From the NCBI GenBank assembly GCA_041743505.1, contig JBGTMQ010000015.1, positions 13,531-77,530 on the forward strand: DNA of 64,000 bases, written 5' to 3'. A program made the translations under genes and the position numbers. Positions 29,222-38,932 of the stretch are shown here, piece by piece; positions within the stretch are counted from its first letter, which is position 1; each line of letters begins with the position of its first letter. This DNA comes from Candidatus Saccharimonadia bacterium (GTDB taxonomy: Bacteria; Patescibacteriota; Saccharimonadia; UBA4664). The notes beneath the pieces are model-generated. The model was not told the origin of the DNA, did no database searches, and was given only the letters and a program-made list of their open reading frames with translations.

Positions 29222-30573
29222 CGCTGATACCCGCCTAGTTGGGCCTGGTCACGCACCGAGGACTTCATGAGCAGGCGGTCCACCCGTCGCCCGTCCATCC
29301 GCTCAACTTGGAGATGAATCTGAACCTTCTTGCCCTCACGATCCACCGCCACAATTTCCGCCACGTCACCTACCGAAGGTATCCGTTCCAGCCGGTCGCT
29401 TACTAAGCCGGCAATCGTCTCAAACTCTTCTTCGTCCGGCAGGAATATGCCCAGCTCTTCACCAATCTCATCCGGCCGCAACAGCCCGGACACCATCCAG
29501 CCGCCGCCTTCCCGCACACGAATGGCCGACCCAAGCCGGTCATGTTCATCCTGGACTTCGCCCACCAGCTCCTCAATCAAATCCTCAATCGTCACCACGC
29601 CGTCCGTGCCCCCGAATTCATCAATCACAATAGCCATCTGGAGGCCACCTTGGCGCAATCTCTCCAGCAGCGGGTCAAGCTGGATGCTGGAAGGCACAGC
29701 AATTGGGGTACGCATAATCCGTTCCACCGTAACCTGCGAGCGCTGGTCTTTGGGTATGCCCACCGCGTGCTTGATATGCACGATGCCCACAACATCGTCG
29801 AGATTCTTACGGATAACCGGAAAACGCGACAAGCCACTGTCGCGGGCCAGCGATAATACTTTCGCCACCGGGTCATCGGCTTGAAGGACGCGCATGCGTA
29901 CCCTGGGCGTCATAATATCAAGCGCCGTCAGCTCGCCAAACGCCAATGACCGCTCGAGCATCAGCGCCGTCTCCTTGGGTAGCGTGCCTTTCTCGGCCGA
30001 ACGGCGTACCAGCGAAGACAGCTCATCAGCTGAGCGGGCTGAGGCTAGCTCTTCAAGTGGCTCCACGCCGAAGCGCCGGAGCAAAAAATTAGCACTCTCA
30101 TTCAAAAACCAGATAGGGTACCGCATAATCCGGCTAAAGGTCCGCTGGAAACCTTGGACCCGCCGGGCGGTTCCCATTGGCTTGGCAATAGCCAGGTTCT
30201 TCGGTATGAGTTCACCAAACAACATGGTCGCGATCGTGGCCACGGCCACCCCAAGCATTATGGCCAGCGGCGTCACAGCCGATTCGGCCACACCCGCCAG
30301 CCGCAGCGGCGGCTCAATCAGCGACGCCACCGCCGGCTCAGCCAATAAACCAATCGCCAGGTTGGTAATCGTAATCCCGACCTGCGCTCCTGATAGCTGC
30401 GTTGACAGCGTTCTCAGCGCTGCCACCACTCCCTGTGCCTTAACATCTCCTTGAGTCGCCAGGCGGTCTATAGCCGACCGGTTTACCGTAATAAAAGAAA
30501 ATTCTGCCGCCACGAACACTCCGCAGGCGGCCATAAGCAATAACGCGATCAGCAGCAAAAATAGTTCTAGCAT
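29218..30573 (-). CDS. HlyC/CorC-family transporter, tandem paralog
   Basis: 451 aa, same architecture, 4-nt overlap with the downstream paralog. Confidence 0.85.
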   Translation of the reverse strand: MLELFLLLIALLLMAACGVFVAAEFSFITVNRSAIDRLATQGDVKAQGVVAALRTLSTQLSGAQVGITITNLAIGLLAEPAVASLIEPPLRLAGVAESAVTPLAIMLGVAVATIATMLFGELIPKNLAIAKPMGTARRVQGFQRTFSRIMRYPIWFLNESANFLLRRFGVEPLEELASARSADELSSLVRRSAEKGTLPKETALMLERSLAFGELTALDIMTPRVRMRVLQADDPVAKVLSLARDSGLSRFPVIRKNLDDVVGIVHIKHAVGIPKDQRSQVTVERIMRTPIAVPSSIQLDPLLERLRQGGLQMAIVIDEFGGTDGVVTIEDLIEELVGEVQDEHDRLGSAIRVREGGGWMVSGLLRPDEIGEELGIFLPDEEEFETIAGLVSDRLERIPSVGDVAEIVAVDREGKKVQIHLQVERMDGRRVDRLLMKSSVRDQAQLGGYQR

Positions 30574-30857
30574 CGGTTATATCTTAAGCGGGGAAGTGAA
30601 TCATATATACCAATCATACCACTGGGTAATCCGTCATCTTCAACCCGCAGCTTATCTGCCACCCGAAGCACTCGAGATCATCTTGCGAGCGCTGTTGCCT
30701 GGCTTCCTGACAGTCTTTGCACTTGGCATAGTGCTGCTACTCGCCGCCGCTATCGGCAAAACCATCATCAGGCGTCGAACTGGTCAAAGCGCACAATTAA
30801 AGCCGGAGAACTAGGAGTTTACCCCTGGCTCTCCGGCCGGTATCACAACTTTTCGGT

Positions 30858-31331
30858 TCATCCAACTGGATGGTTGCCCTTGCAGAACCTGTCTTCTTGC
30901 TCGCTCAGGCTGTTCGCGGCCGTTGGAACATTTTGTCCATGGACCCAGCCCACATACTGGCCGTTCTCGACGCGGCCGGGGACGTTCCCCTGGGTAGTGT
31001 TGTAGCGCTCGTTGAGACCGTTCCACCGGCCCAATAGTGGGTCGTTGCCACTAATACTTCCGCTCGTGCGCAATTGCTGGACCTGCTGAGCATCAACCAG
31101 GCAGGCCTGTTGCGCCAGGATATCCAAACGCGCAGCATCATCAGGCGCTGCCGTCAACTTGGCCTCTATTTCCGGCGAAATCGGCAGGAAGTAAGCCTGT
31201 CCCGTAGCCGGATCACTTGGAGGCTCGGCGGCGCTTGGAGCAAAAATGCGGCCACCCGTCACTACAACGAAAACCACAGCACCCAAAACGATCAGCACCA
31301 GAAATGCAGTAAACACTCGGCGACGCTTCAC
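30858..31331 (-). CDS. Hypothetical N-terminally anchored or secreted protein
   Basis: AGGTG SD; N-terminal TM VFTAFLVLIVLGAVVFVVV. Confidence 0.5.
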   Translation of the reverse strand: MKRRRVFTAFLVLIVLGAVVFVVVTGGRIFAPSAAEPPSDPATGQAYFLPISPEIEAKLTAAPDDAARLDILAQQACLVDAQQVQQLRTSGSISGNDPLLGRWNGLNERYNTTQGNVPGRVENGQYVGWVHGQNVPTAANSLSEQEDRFCKGNHPVG

Positions 31332-31343
31332 TTCAATCTCACC

Positions 31344-31589
31344 TCAATCTTGATGGGGGGTTGCAAATCCATGCTCCACTGCCCATTCGCGGCCGGCTGG
31401 AGGGCATTCTTCGACTTTGCAGCCACACCCGGTACAGCCGAGAACCTCGGCATGATGGTCCCCACTACCCGCACCGGGCTTGTAACGATGCCCGCAAGGA
31501 CACCAGATATCTGGCCGGATCTCTGCATGCGTTCGCCCACTCGACTTGCCTGACATCTCATCCTCGTTCTCTTGGGACGGCCAAAGCAT
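31344..31589 (-). CDS. Small Cys/His-rich hypothetical protein
   Basis: CPCGH...HH...CTGCGCKVEECP. Frame choice is uncertain against the alternative 31328-31561 frame. Confidence 0.3.
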   Translation of the reverse strand: MLWPSQENEDEMSGKSSGRTHAEIRPDIWCPCGHRYKPGAGSGDHHAEVLGCTGCGCKVEECPPAGREWAVEHGFATPHQD

Positions 31590-31650
31590 TGAACTAAGCG
31601 CAGCTTAGTAATAACACATTAGTTGTATATAATCAACTCGACAAGAGGCT

Positions 31651-32823
31651 CTACCGCGGCCACAGCTCTCGCAAACTCAATTTGCGGTTATACTCCAGGG
31701 TGCCATAACTAAACGCCCGTGTCGCAATTGCCAGCGCCACAACACTGCTTACCACCAGCACACCAACCCCCACGAGCATCTCAGTGCCGCTCAAGTTACC
31801 AACCGCATTACGCAGCATTAATGTGATCGGCGCTGTCAGCGGAAAAAAGCTAAAGAATTTCACAATCAATTGGTCAGGATCGTCAATAATAGGGAAGAGG
31901 GCATAGAGCGGCACGAGCATCCCAAACAGCGCCGTACCAAAGAAGTTATTCGCCTCCTTAGCTGTCGGTACAGCCGCCCCGATAGCTACCAGCAGTCCGG
32001 TAAACAGCAAGAACGAACACACAAACAAAATAGCTGCCACAAGCATCTGCAACGGATCTACTTGCAACGCCGACAAATTAATCACCGGCAGCTTGAGTTG
32101 CTTGCCAAAGAAGGCAAAGACCACCAAAAATGGCAGCACTATTATAGCTATCTGCAATGCCCCGAGCAGCACCAAAGTAATGATCTTGCCGATTATCAGC
32201 GTCCGTGCCTTTACAGCGGTCAAAATCATCTCGATCACCCGGTTCTCTTTTTCCTCCGTAGTACTAGCGAGCATTTGGTTCCCGAGCAAAACGATAATCA
32301 GGAAAAACAGGACCAGCAATGCTCCGGGCGCGATCATCCGCTTGGCCCGGTCAGTCTCCTGGCCGCCGATATATGTCGTGACCTTCGAGCTGACCGGCCC
32401 TTGAATAATAGCCACGGCTTGCTCCGAGCCCACGCCGCTCACCACGCTTGATTTCAGCAGTTGCTCCGCCACCGCCGAATACTTGCCGTTCTTGGTCAGT
32501 CCGACGTCTTTCGCATAAATCTCTATCGGCTGCTTGGCGGGATTAGTTGGATAATAAATAAACGCCTCCACCCGGCCCTCCCGAGCTTGCCGTATGCCGG
32601 CTGCCTTGTCTCTGGCCACCCCGGCCTTCATCTCGGCCAGCGCAGCCGGCAAAACCAATTTGGAATCGTCCAGTACCGCCATACTAAAACGTTCCTGACC
32701 AGCCTTCTCTTCCGCCTGTTCCGCCGACTGGCCGGAAAAATACGACAATCCAAATACGAATGCCATAAGTACCGGAACCGCCAACACACTCAACCAAAAT
32801 GTTTTCTTCTTTACCGTCCGCAT
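31651..32823 (-). CDS. ABC-2 family exporter permease with large extracytoplasmic loop
   Basis: Start placed at MRTVKKK (the track extended to TTG 32895, overlapping the ATPase gene). Confidence 0.7.
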   Translation of the reverse strand: MRTVKKKTFWLSVLAVPVLMAFVFGLSYFSGQSAEQAEEKAGQERFSMAVLDDSKLVLPAALAEMKAGVARDKAAGIRQAREGRVEAFIYYPTNPAKQPIEIYAKDVGLTKNGKYSAVAEQLLKSSVVSGVGSEQAVAIIQGPVSSKVTTYIGGQETDRAKRMIAPGALLVLFFLIIVLLGNQMLASTTEEKENRVIEMILTAVKARTLIIGKIITLVLLGALQIAIIVLPFLVVFAFFGKQLKLPVINLSALQVDPLQMLVAAILFVCSFLLFTGLLVAIGAAVPTAKEANNFFGTALFGMLVPLYALFPIIDDPDQLIVKFFSFFPLTAPITLMLRNAVGNLSGTEMLVGVGVLVVSSVVALAIATRAFSYGTLEYNRKLSLRELWPR

Positions 32824-32851
32824 AAACTCAAACGCAATGACTGTTCCCAGG

Positions 32852-33781
32852 TTATGCACGGCCACCCTCCTCGCCTTCGCCATAAATCTGCACAAAAATA
32901 TCGTCCAATGAGGCTTGCTTTTCCTCGAACCGGCTAATCTTTAATGACGGCTGCTTGACCAGATCAGCCAGCACCTCCTGCGCGCTCACGCCATCTTTCG
33001 GCGCCAGCATTGCCATCCCCGACGAGCTCGTTAGTATCGTAAACAACCTGTTATGCGGCTTTAGCACTCCATCATGCCTCAACTCAATCTGGTTTGACCC
33101 ATATTGCTGCTTGATCTCGTCCACCGCCCCGTACAGCCGCCTTCGTCCGTCCTTGAGCAAGACGATCCGGTCACATAGCCGCTCCACCTCTTCCATCTGG
33201 TGAGTCACCAAAATGATCGTCGCACCCTCACGCTGGCGCTCCTCGATAATCTCCATCATCAAGCGCCGGTTCACCGGGTCAAAACCTTTGGTCGGCTCGT
33301 CCAAGATCAGTAGCTCCGGCTGGTTCATAATCGTTACCCCCAGCTGCACCTTCTGCTGCTGCCCACCCGATAACTTGTCCAGCCGCTCTCCCGCCTTATC
33401 AGCCAGCTCGACCCTCTTCAAAAATTCCAGCGACCACTCCCGCGCCTGCGCTGCCGGCATGTTCTTGAGCCGCCCGAAGTACACCATGGTATCCAGCACC
33501 CGCTCTTTTTTGTACAACCCCCGTTCTTCCGGCAGGTAGCCCAAAAAGCTACTCATTTCCGGCGAATACGGCCGCCCGTTTATCAAAAGCTCACCACTCG
33601 TAGCCGAATAAATCCCCAATAATACTCGCAACGTCGTCGTCTTGCCAGATCCGTTCGAGCCCAAAAACCCGAACACCTCGCCGCGCTTAACCTCAAACGA
33701 TAAATCCTCAATGACCGTCCGGTCCCCAAATCGCATTTGAAAATTCCGCACGGTAACAAGGTTGGCCTCGCTCATGGTCAC
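32852..33781 (-). CDS. ABC transporter ATP-binding protein with C-terminal domain
   Basis: GSNGSGKTT, LSGGQQQKV, LLILDEPT. Confidence 0.9.
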   Translation of the reverse strand: MTMSEANLVTVRNFQMRFGDRTVIEDLSFEVKRGEVFGFLGSNGSGKTTTLRVLLGIYSATSGELLINGRPYSPEMSSFLGYLPEERGLYKKERVLDTMVYFGRLKNMPAAQAREWSLEFLKRVELADKAGERLDKLSGGQQQKVQLGVTIMNQPELLILDEPTKGFDPVNRRLMMEIIEERQREGATIILVTHQMEEVERLCDRIVLLKDGRRRLYGAVDEIKQQYGSNQIELRHDGVLKPHNRLFTILTSSSGMAMLAPKDGVSAQEVLADLVKQPSLKISRFEEKQASLDDIFVQIYGEGEEGGRA

Positions 33782-35397
33782 TGCGGCGCCTGCCAGGCCA
33801 CGCCTTCAAGCACCCAACCGCCCCGGCCATTTATCGAGTTAATCTCCGCCTGGCTGGTCGTATACAGCCGCTCACGGCTTAGAGAGTTTGCCATTCTATA
33901 CACCGGCAACGCCCCGCCGCCAGAGCCCACCCCGTAAAAAGCCACACCATCCACGACCCAGCCGTTATGACCATTCAGCGCATCCCGCTCCGCAGCACTG
34001 GCGGTAAATAATCGCTCTTTTGAAATAAAGTTAGCCAACCGGTAAACTGGCACGGCCCCGGTCGCACTACTCTTAGCCGCCATAAATCCGAACCCTTCCC
34101 AGACCCAACCACCCCGGCCATGAATCAGGTCACGCTCATTCACGCTCTGAGTAAACAGCCGCTCCTTCGTGGCATAATTCACCAGCCGGTACACCCGGAA
34201 CGTGTCAGGGTTAGTGTTCTCCTGTACCCGGTAAACCGTGCCGTTCGACACATCGGCGGCAAACATCTCGCCGTCCACGCTCTCGCCAAACGTCGACACG
34301 TTGCGCCCGGTCAACGTGGTCTGCAGCTGCTGTTCCCAGATACCATTTGGCTGTGACGTCAGCGTGTACAGGTGCCCGCTGCAATAATCGGCAAATAAAT
34401 AATGACCGTTCATCAACGGATAACTATTACCGCGGTAAGCATAGCCACCCGTCACCGAGCAGCGTCCGCTCGCATGGTTATAGGCGCCAATCGGCCCGTC
34501 ATACGCGCCCGCTGCCGCACAGCCGGCGGTGTTATAGCCCGCCGTGCCCTCAAAGCATCGCCAGCCATAATTCTTGCCACCCAAGCTTTCCGCCGGTTCC
34601 AGGTTAACCTCCTCCTGAGCACCTTGCCCCACATCCCCAATAAACTGGTTATGAGTCACCCGGTCAAACCCAAACCGCCACGGGTTCCTCAGCCCCAGCG
34701 ACCAAATCTCGTCCTCGCCGGCCTTACCTACAAACGGGTTATCACCCGGAATCACATAATTTCGCGCCCCGTCACCCGGAAACGCGTCACCGTTCAGGCT
34801 CAGCCGCAGTATCTTACCTAAAAACGAATTCTTGTTCTGGGCGTTATTAGCCGTATCACCGCCACCGCCGCCATCACCCGTGGCGATGTACAAATGCCCG
34901 TCCCGCGGCCCGAAGTTCATGTCGCCGCCGTTATGGTTGCCGTTCACCGGATGACCGATCATAATCGTTGGCTGCTCACTCCCCGGGTCAGCCAAATTTT
35001 GGTTTCCCGGGTCCCGCCTAAACCGCGACACCACAATATCACCGGCATTATTGTTGTAATACACATAAAACATGCCGTTAGAGGCATAATTGGGGTGAAA
35101 TACCAGCCCCAGCAGTCCTTCTTCGCCGCCACCGTCCTTCACCCGCCCGTTAATGTCCAAAAACGGCGTCCCCAAGACCGTGCCGTTCGATTGCACGATC
35201 TTAATTACCCCGGCCCGCTCCACCACAAACAACCTTCCGTCACCGGGAGTGCCGCTATTGGCAATATCCACCGGCGCACTCAAGCCAGTCGCAAAGCTCA
35301 CCAGGCTAATATCAAGCGTCAATGCTTGCGCCGGCCGGGAGGGAATTGCCACCCCCGCCATCACTATCGCCACCAAGACCAAAACCATGCGTTTCAT
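33778..35397 (-). CDS. Secreted glucose/sorbosone-dehydrogenase-like (PQQ-type) beta-propeller protein with three C-terminal about 45-aa tandem repeats
   Basis: Signal peptide MKRMVLVLVAIVMAGVA...AQA; GLLGLVFHPNYASNG GSDH motif; repeats VYRLxN...ERL[FY]T.S..E.....G.GWV.EGV. Leaderless start (TACAAT 7 nt upstream of ATG 35397). Confidence 0.6.
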   Translation of the reverse strand: MKRMVLVLVAIVMAGVAIPSRPAQALTLDISLVSFATGLSAPVDIANSGTPGDGRLFVVERAGVIKIVQSNGTVLGTPFLDINGRVKDGGGEEGLLGLVFHPNYASNGMFYVYYNNNAGDIVVSRFRRDPGNQNLADPGSEQPTIMIGHPVNGNHNGGDMNFGPRDGHLYIATGDGGGGGDTANNAQNKNSFLGKILRLSLNGDAFPGDGARNYVIPGDNPFVGKAGEDEIWSLGLRNPWRFGFDRVTHNQFIGDVGQGAQEEVNLEPAESLGGKNYGWRCFEGTAGYNTAGCAAAGAYDGPIGAYNHASGRCSVTGGYAYRGNSYPLMNGHYLFADYCSGHLYTLTSQPNGIWEQQLQTTLTGRNVSTFGESVDGEMFAADVSNGTVYRVQENTNPDTFRVYRLVNYATKERLFTQSVNERDLIHGRGGWVWEGFGFMAAKSSATGAVPVYRLANFISKERLFTASAAERDALNGHNGWVVDGVAFYGVGSGGGALPVYRMANSLSRERLYTTSQAEINSINGRGGWVLEGVAWQAPQ

Positions 35398-35430
35398 AAC
35401 ATCATTGTAGCAATAATCCGGGACCCGCAA

Positions 35431-35457
35431 ATTAAAAACCCAGGCAATAGCCCGGGT
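35431..35457 (-). terminator. Terminator after the padR-like gene
   Basis: acccggg ctattg cctgggt followed by TTTTAATTT on the minus strand. Confidence 0.5.
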
Positions 35458-35521
35458 TCGCAGTCATGGTTATGGCCCCAGAAAACTCCGGGGCCATAAC
35501 GCACCTCTGTGCAGCTCTTAC

Positions 35522-35812
35522 TCAATCTTCCCAGTCATCCAGCCCAAATTGAAGCGCCAGTACTCCGTCGGGCGTAATTTGGTATAACCGGCGCCGGGTA
35601 ACAAAGTCCTCGCGCTCCCGCCACTCCGACTGAACAAGTCCCCGATTTTCCAACCTTATAATCGAGGGGTAGATACGGCCAAGAGGGACCTCAGCCGCCC
35701 GGGCCATCTCGAGGCCTCCCCACCATAGCTCCGGCTCTCGTGCCAGTACCCTAAGCAGCTTCTCCCGGAGGTCGGCCGGACCAAACAGCTTCTTGAAAAG
35801 CCACCTGAACAT
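35522..35812 (-). CDS. PadR-family transcriptional regulator
   Basis: Winged-helix region RIYPSIIRLENRGLV; 96 aa. Confidence 0.75.
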   Translation of the reverse strand: MFRWLFKKLFGPADLREKLLRVLAREPELWWGGLEMARAAEVPLGRIYPSIIRLENRGLVQSEWREREDFVTRRRLYQITPDGVLALQFGLDDWED

Positions 35813-35825
35813 AGGACCAGTGCCC

Positions 35826-36440
35826 CTACCTAATCGCCTGGATCCGGAACTGTTCCCGGCACACGCCCCGAATCGACGAGACCAACGCGTTGCCGATCAA
35901 AACGCGGGTCTCATCGGCCCGGTCTTCACAGTCATAGAACTCGCGGTACGCCACGCCAGTCTGTGAGTAAGCCGTATACATCACGCCTGCGCCCTCGAAA
36001 GCATTGATGTCCATGGTCATTTTACGTATTGCCTCATGCACCATCAGTATTGGCAAATAGTATACCGTTTCATCAGTCAGGGGGACTAAAAGCCGCGGGT
36101 AAAACTGTTCGATGACCCAGTCGCGCCACCCCGGCCGGCCGGCCCTTAAAGCCTCCATATCCATCAGCACAACTCGGGTAACCTGCACGCCTGCCCGAAT
36201 ACGCGCGGCCGCCAAGTCGGCGTAGTCCCGCCGGATGCGGCTATAATTTGGCTCGCGAAACAGCATCTCGGTACTTTCATCAAGCCGGCCGTCACACCAT
36301 GCCTGGCACGACTCCGAGTCGGCGAATAGCCCAGGGTAGTCATTGGCTGCCAATACCTTGGTCACCTTATGACCCCGCTGCTGCCTGCGCCACCACGCTT
36401 CCATTTCCGCCTGGGCCTCTAGGCCCGTCAACGTTTTCAT
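35826..36440 (-). CDS. Hypothetical protein
   Basis: Start at MKTLTGLE (AGGAGC SD); promoter TTGCAT-16-TATAGT. Confidence 0.45.
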   Translation of the reverse strand: MKTLTGLEAQAEMEAWWRRQQRGHKVTKVLAANDYPGLFADSESCQAWCDGRLDESTEMLFREPNYSRIRRDYADLAAARIRAGVQVTRVVLMDMEALRAGRPGWRDWVIEQFYPRLLVPLTDETVYYLPILMVHEAIRKMTMDINAFEGAGVMYTAYSQTGVAYREFYDCEDRADETRVLIGNALVSSIRGVCREQFRIQAIR

Positions 36441-36536
36441 TGTGCTCCTGTCTCGAGGCTTGGGATAGGTACGTACGATGCGTAATAACCTACTATAGAA
36501 CATAAGCTAAAGAATGCAAATAACACCAGTCATGCC

Positions 36537-36575
36537 CACACAAAACTAAGAACCCGGACAAACGTCCGGGTTCTT
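36537..36575 (-). terminator. Terminator of the small-peptide gene
   Basis: Perfect 11-bp stem aagaacccgga/tccgggttctt, then AGTTTTGTGTG on the minus strand. Confidence 0.6.
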
Positions 36576-36594
36576 AAAGTGTTTGGCAAAAAAC

Positions 36595-36660
36595 CTAGCC
36601 TAGCAGGCCGCCTAGTCCAACAGAAATGGCCACGGCTACTACAGCTGCAATCTCCAGCAT
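36595..36660 (-). CDS. Candidate 21-aa hydrophobic peptide MLEIAAVVAVAISVGLGGLLG
   Basis: GAGGAG SD 5 nt upstream; own promoter TTGATT-16-TACAAT (36792-36765); own terminator; not in the ORF track (shorter than 60 aa). Confidence 0.35.
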   Translation of the reverse strand: MLEIAAVVAVAISVGLGGLLG

Positions 36661-36903
36661 AGTTACTCCTCACATTATTTGATGTAGCTTCCGCATCGTA
36701 CAACGCTACTGGAGTCCTCCAGAAGAACAATGACACCAATAACACACCCAAGCATAGCCGCTATATTGTACGTTTTAGCCAAGGACAATCAAAGACCGTT
36801 AAGGGCAAGCGGAATAAAGCCAATGCATACCTGATTATCATTCTTGTTAATAAAGAAAGACCCACCAGCTAGCGTGCTGGTAGGTCATAAAAAACTCATT
36901 GGG

Positions 36904-37530
36904 CTAGAGACCAAGCAATTTGCGGGCCACCTCAGGGCCGCCAAGCCACTCGTTCACAAACCGTTGTCGGATAGTGGCCATTTGCCGGTCCACCAGCGCC
37001 AGCGATCTCTTCGGCACTCCTGGTGGTAGATCCACGATCAGCAGCTTGGTTTTCAGGTACACCTGCTGCTCCCAGCGGACACAAGCTATCGACGCATATC
37101 CGCCATCCACCGTCGGATCATATAGCCAGAGAGGGGAATTATCCGCTACCCCCTCAAAACTCCAACCCGTGTTGTCGAAGTGAATCTGATGACTCAAACT
37201 TCGCCGTCTGACGTTCTCTGCTAAAAACGGCAGATTGAGCCGGCTGCGTGCAATCAAGGAGGTCATCTGGGTAAGCACCAGAATCTCGGCATGACCCTCT
37301 TGATAAGCTTGAATAAGCCGCTCATCTAACGGCACATAGAGCTGGTACGGATGGCTCGGGTGGTCACCAGGCCACTGACAAATCGCTGACTCGATAAAAG
37401 GGTACCGTTCGTTTTTCCTGGTTGGCCTGGGATGAGCAAACCCGACTCGCGTACGCGTACGGACGTTTGTCTCGTGCCTCAGCTGCCCCACCGTAGTGGC
37501 GGCAAAACCGGCGGCCTCCGTCGGTGACAT
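36904..37530 (-). CDS. Hypothetical protein
   Basis: 208 aa, weak hairpin/T-rich tail downstream; no recognizable motifs. Confidence 0.5.
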   Translation of the reverse strand: MSPTEAAGFAATTVGQLRHETNVRTRTRVGFAHPRPTRKNERYPFIESAICQWPGDHPSHPYQLYVPLDERLIQAYQEGHAEILVLTQMTSLIARSRLNLPFLAENVRRRSLSHQIHFDNTGWSFEGVADNSPLWLYDPTVDGGYASIACVRWEQQVYLKTKLLIVDLPPGVPKRSLALVDRQMATIRQRFVNEWLGGPEVARKLLGL

Positions 37531-37633
37531 GAGTGCTCCGTTCTTAGGGTGGGGAAGTAATACAATAACATGTAAATCAAAAATAGTAAAGCACCATCAG
37601 CATCATTTCGAAAGTCGCTTTATAATGTAAACA

Positions 37634-38665
37634 ATGAAGAAACCAATCCTCGTCACCCTAGCCGCCATCGGCCTGATCGCCGCCGCCATTGGCTTTATTC
37701 AATTCCAGCCGTCCTCATCTCCACAAGCTTCGCCTCAATCCCGGTCCCAGGATGAAGGTTCTGCCCCCTTCCACCCCCTAATGGTCGAAGCCATACAAAA
37801 ACGGCCGTACACGGCCGGCCCCATCACCACCGAGCGGGAAGTCAGCGCATTCACTGGCTACCGTAGCCAGGTAGTATCCTATCGCTCCGACGGCTTCAAA
37901 GTTTACGCCCTCATGAACACACCCACCGACCCCGCACCCACCTCTGGTTGGCCCGTATTAATACTCAGCCATGGCTATATCCAGCCACAGGCCTACCAGA
38001 CCCTCGGCGGTGACTACCAGTATTGGATCGAAGGGCTCACCCGCGCCGGCTTTGTAGTCATCAAGCCCGATTATCGGGGCCATGGCCAGTCCGAAGGCAC
38101 CGCCGAGGGTGGCCACTGGTCGCCAGTCTATACGTATGACGTACTCAACCTCACTGAGTCCCTCAAGCGCCACCCTGGCGTAGACGCCAGAAACATTGGC
38201 CTCATCGGTCACAGCATGGGTGGCAATGTCGTCCTCCGGGCAGTCGTAGCCTCCAAAGACATCAAGGCCTCAGCCATCCTGGCCGGTGTCGTAGCCTCAG
38301 CCCCCGATCTGTACAACACCTGGCGCGGCCGCAACTGGTCTCCGCCACCCGGCGCCCCAACAACCCGCCAGAAAATCGTCGATGCCCTGGGCGAACCCAA
38401 GGCAAATCCCGACTTCTGGCATAAAATCTCCGCCATCAACTACGTCAAAGCCGCCACCGGCCCGGTCCAGATCCATCACGGCACCAACGATGATACCGTT
38501 CCCAAAGCCTACAGCGACAGCCTGCAAACCGCCCTCCAACAAGCCGGCCGCCGGTCCGAATACTTCGTCTACGACGGCGGTGACCACCAGTTCAGCTCCA
38601 CCAGCGACTTGGCCCTCCAGCGCATGATCGCCCTCTTCAATGCCGAGCTAAAATCCGGCAGTTAG
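37634..38665 (+). CDS. Secreted alpha/beta hydrolase (S9 peptidase / dienelactone-hydrolase-like)
   Basis: Signal peptide; GHSMGG nucleophile elbow; leaderless (TATAAT 37621-37626, 7 nt before the ATG). Confidence 0.75.
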   Translation: MKKPILVTLAAIGLIAAAIGFIQFQPSSSPQASPQSRSQDEGSAPFHPLMVEAIQKRPYTAGPITTEREVSAFTGYRSQVVSYRSDGFKVYALMNTPTDPAPTSGWPVLILSHGYIQPQAYQTLGGDYQYWIEGLTRAGFVVIKPDYRGHGQSEGTAEGGHWSPVYTYDVLNLTESLKRHPGVDARNIGLIGHSMGGNVVLRAVVASKDIKASAILAGVVASAPDLYNTWRGRNWSPPPGAPTTRQKIVDALGEPKANPDFWHKISAINYVKAATGPVQIHHGTNDDTVPKAYSDSLQTALQQAGRRSEYFVYDGGDHQFSSTSDLALQRMIALFNAELKSGS

Positions 38666-38701
38666 CCGCCTGCGAGTAACGAGGATGGTATAATTTTAAG
38701 C

Positions 38702-38875
38702 ATGAAATTTAGAAATCTGCTGCTATACATCGGACTAGCCATACTTGGATTTTGGTTGCTAGGATTTGCCCTTAACCTTGCCAAGTGGGCTATTGATATA
38801 GCTTTAATCGTCGGCTTGGTTCTGGTCATTCTCTCGCTCATAAACCAGTACACGGAAAACAAAAAGAAGCCGTAG
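38702..38875 (+). CDS. Small (57 aa) two-TM membrane protein
   Basis: MKFRNLLLYIGLAILGFWLLGF...; extended -10 TGgTATAAT 7 nt upstream (leaderless). Preferred over the antisense 80-aa ORF. Confidence 0.45.
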   Translation: MKFRNLLLYIGLAILGFWLLGFALNLAKWAIDIALIVGLVLVILSLINQYTENKKKP

Positions 38876-38932
38876 CGGATATTAGAACTATTCTTGCAGA
38901 ACATTCTTAGCTAAATAAAGTATGATTAGTGC

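Noticed and set aside
30596-30814. 72-aa plus-strand ORF with a hydrophobic segment upstream of the CorC pair
   Set aside because: It has an SD-like GGGGAAG but mixed third-position composition and lies in the divergent promoter region of the CorC operon. Left uncalled.
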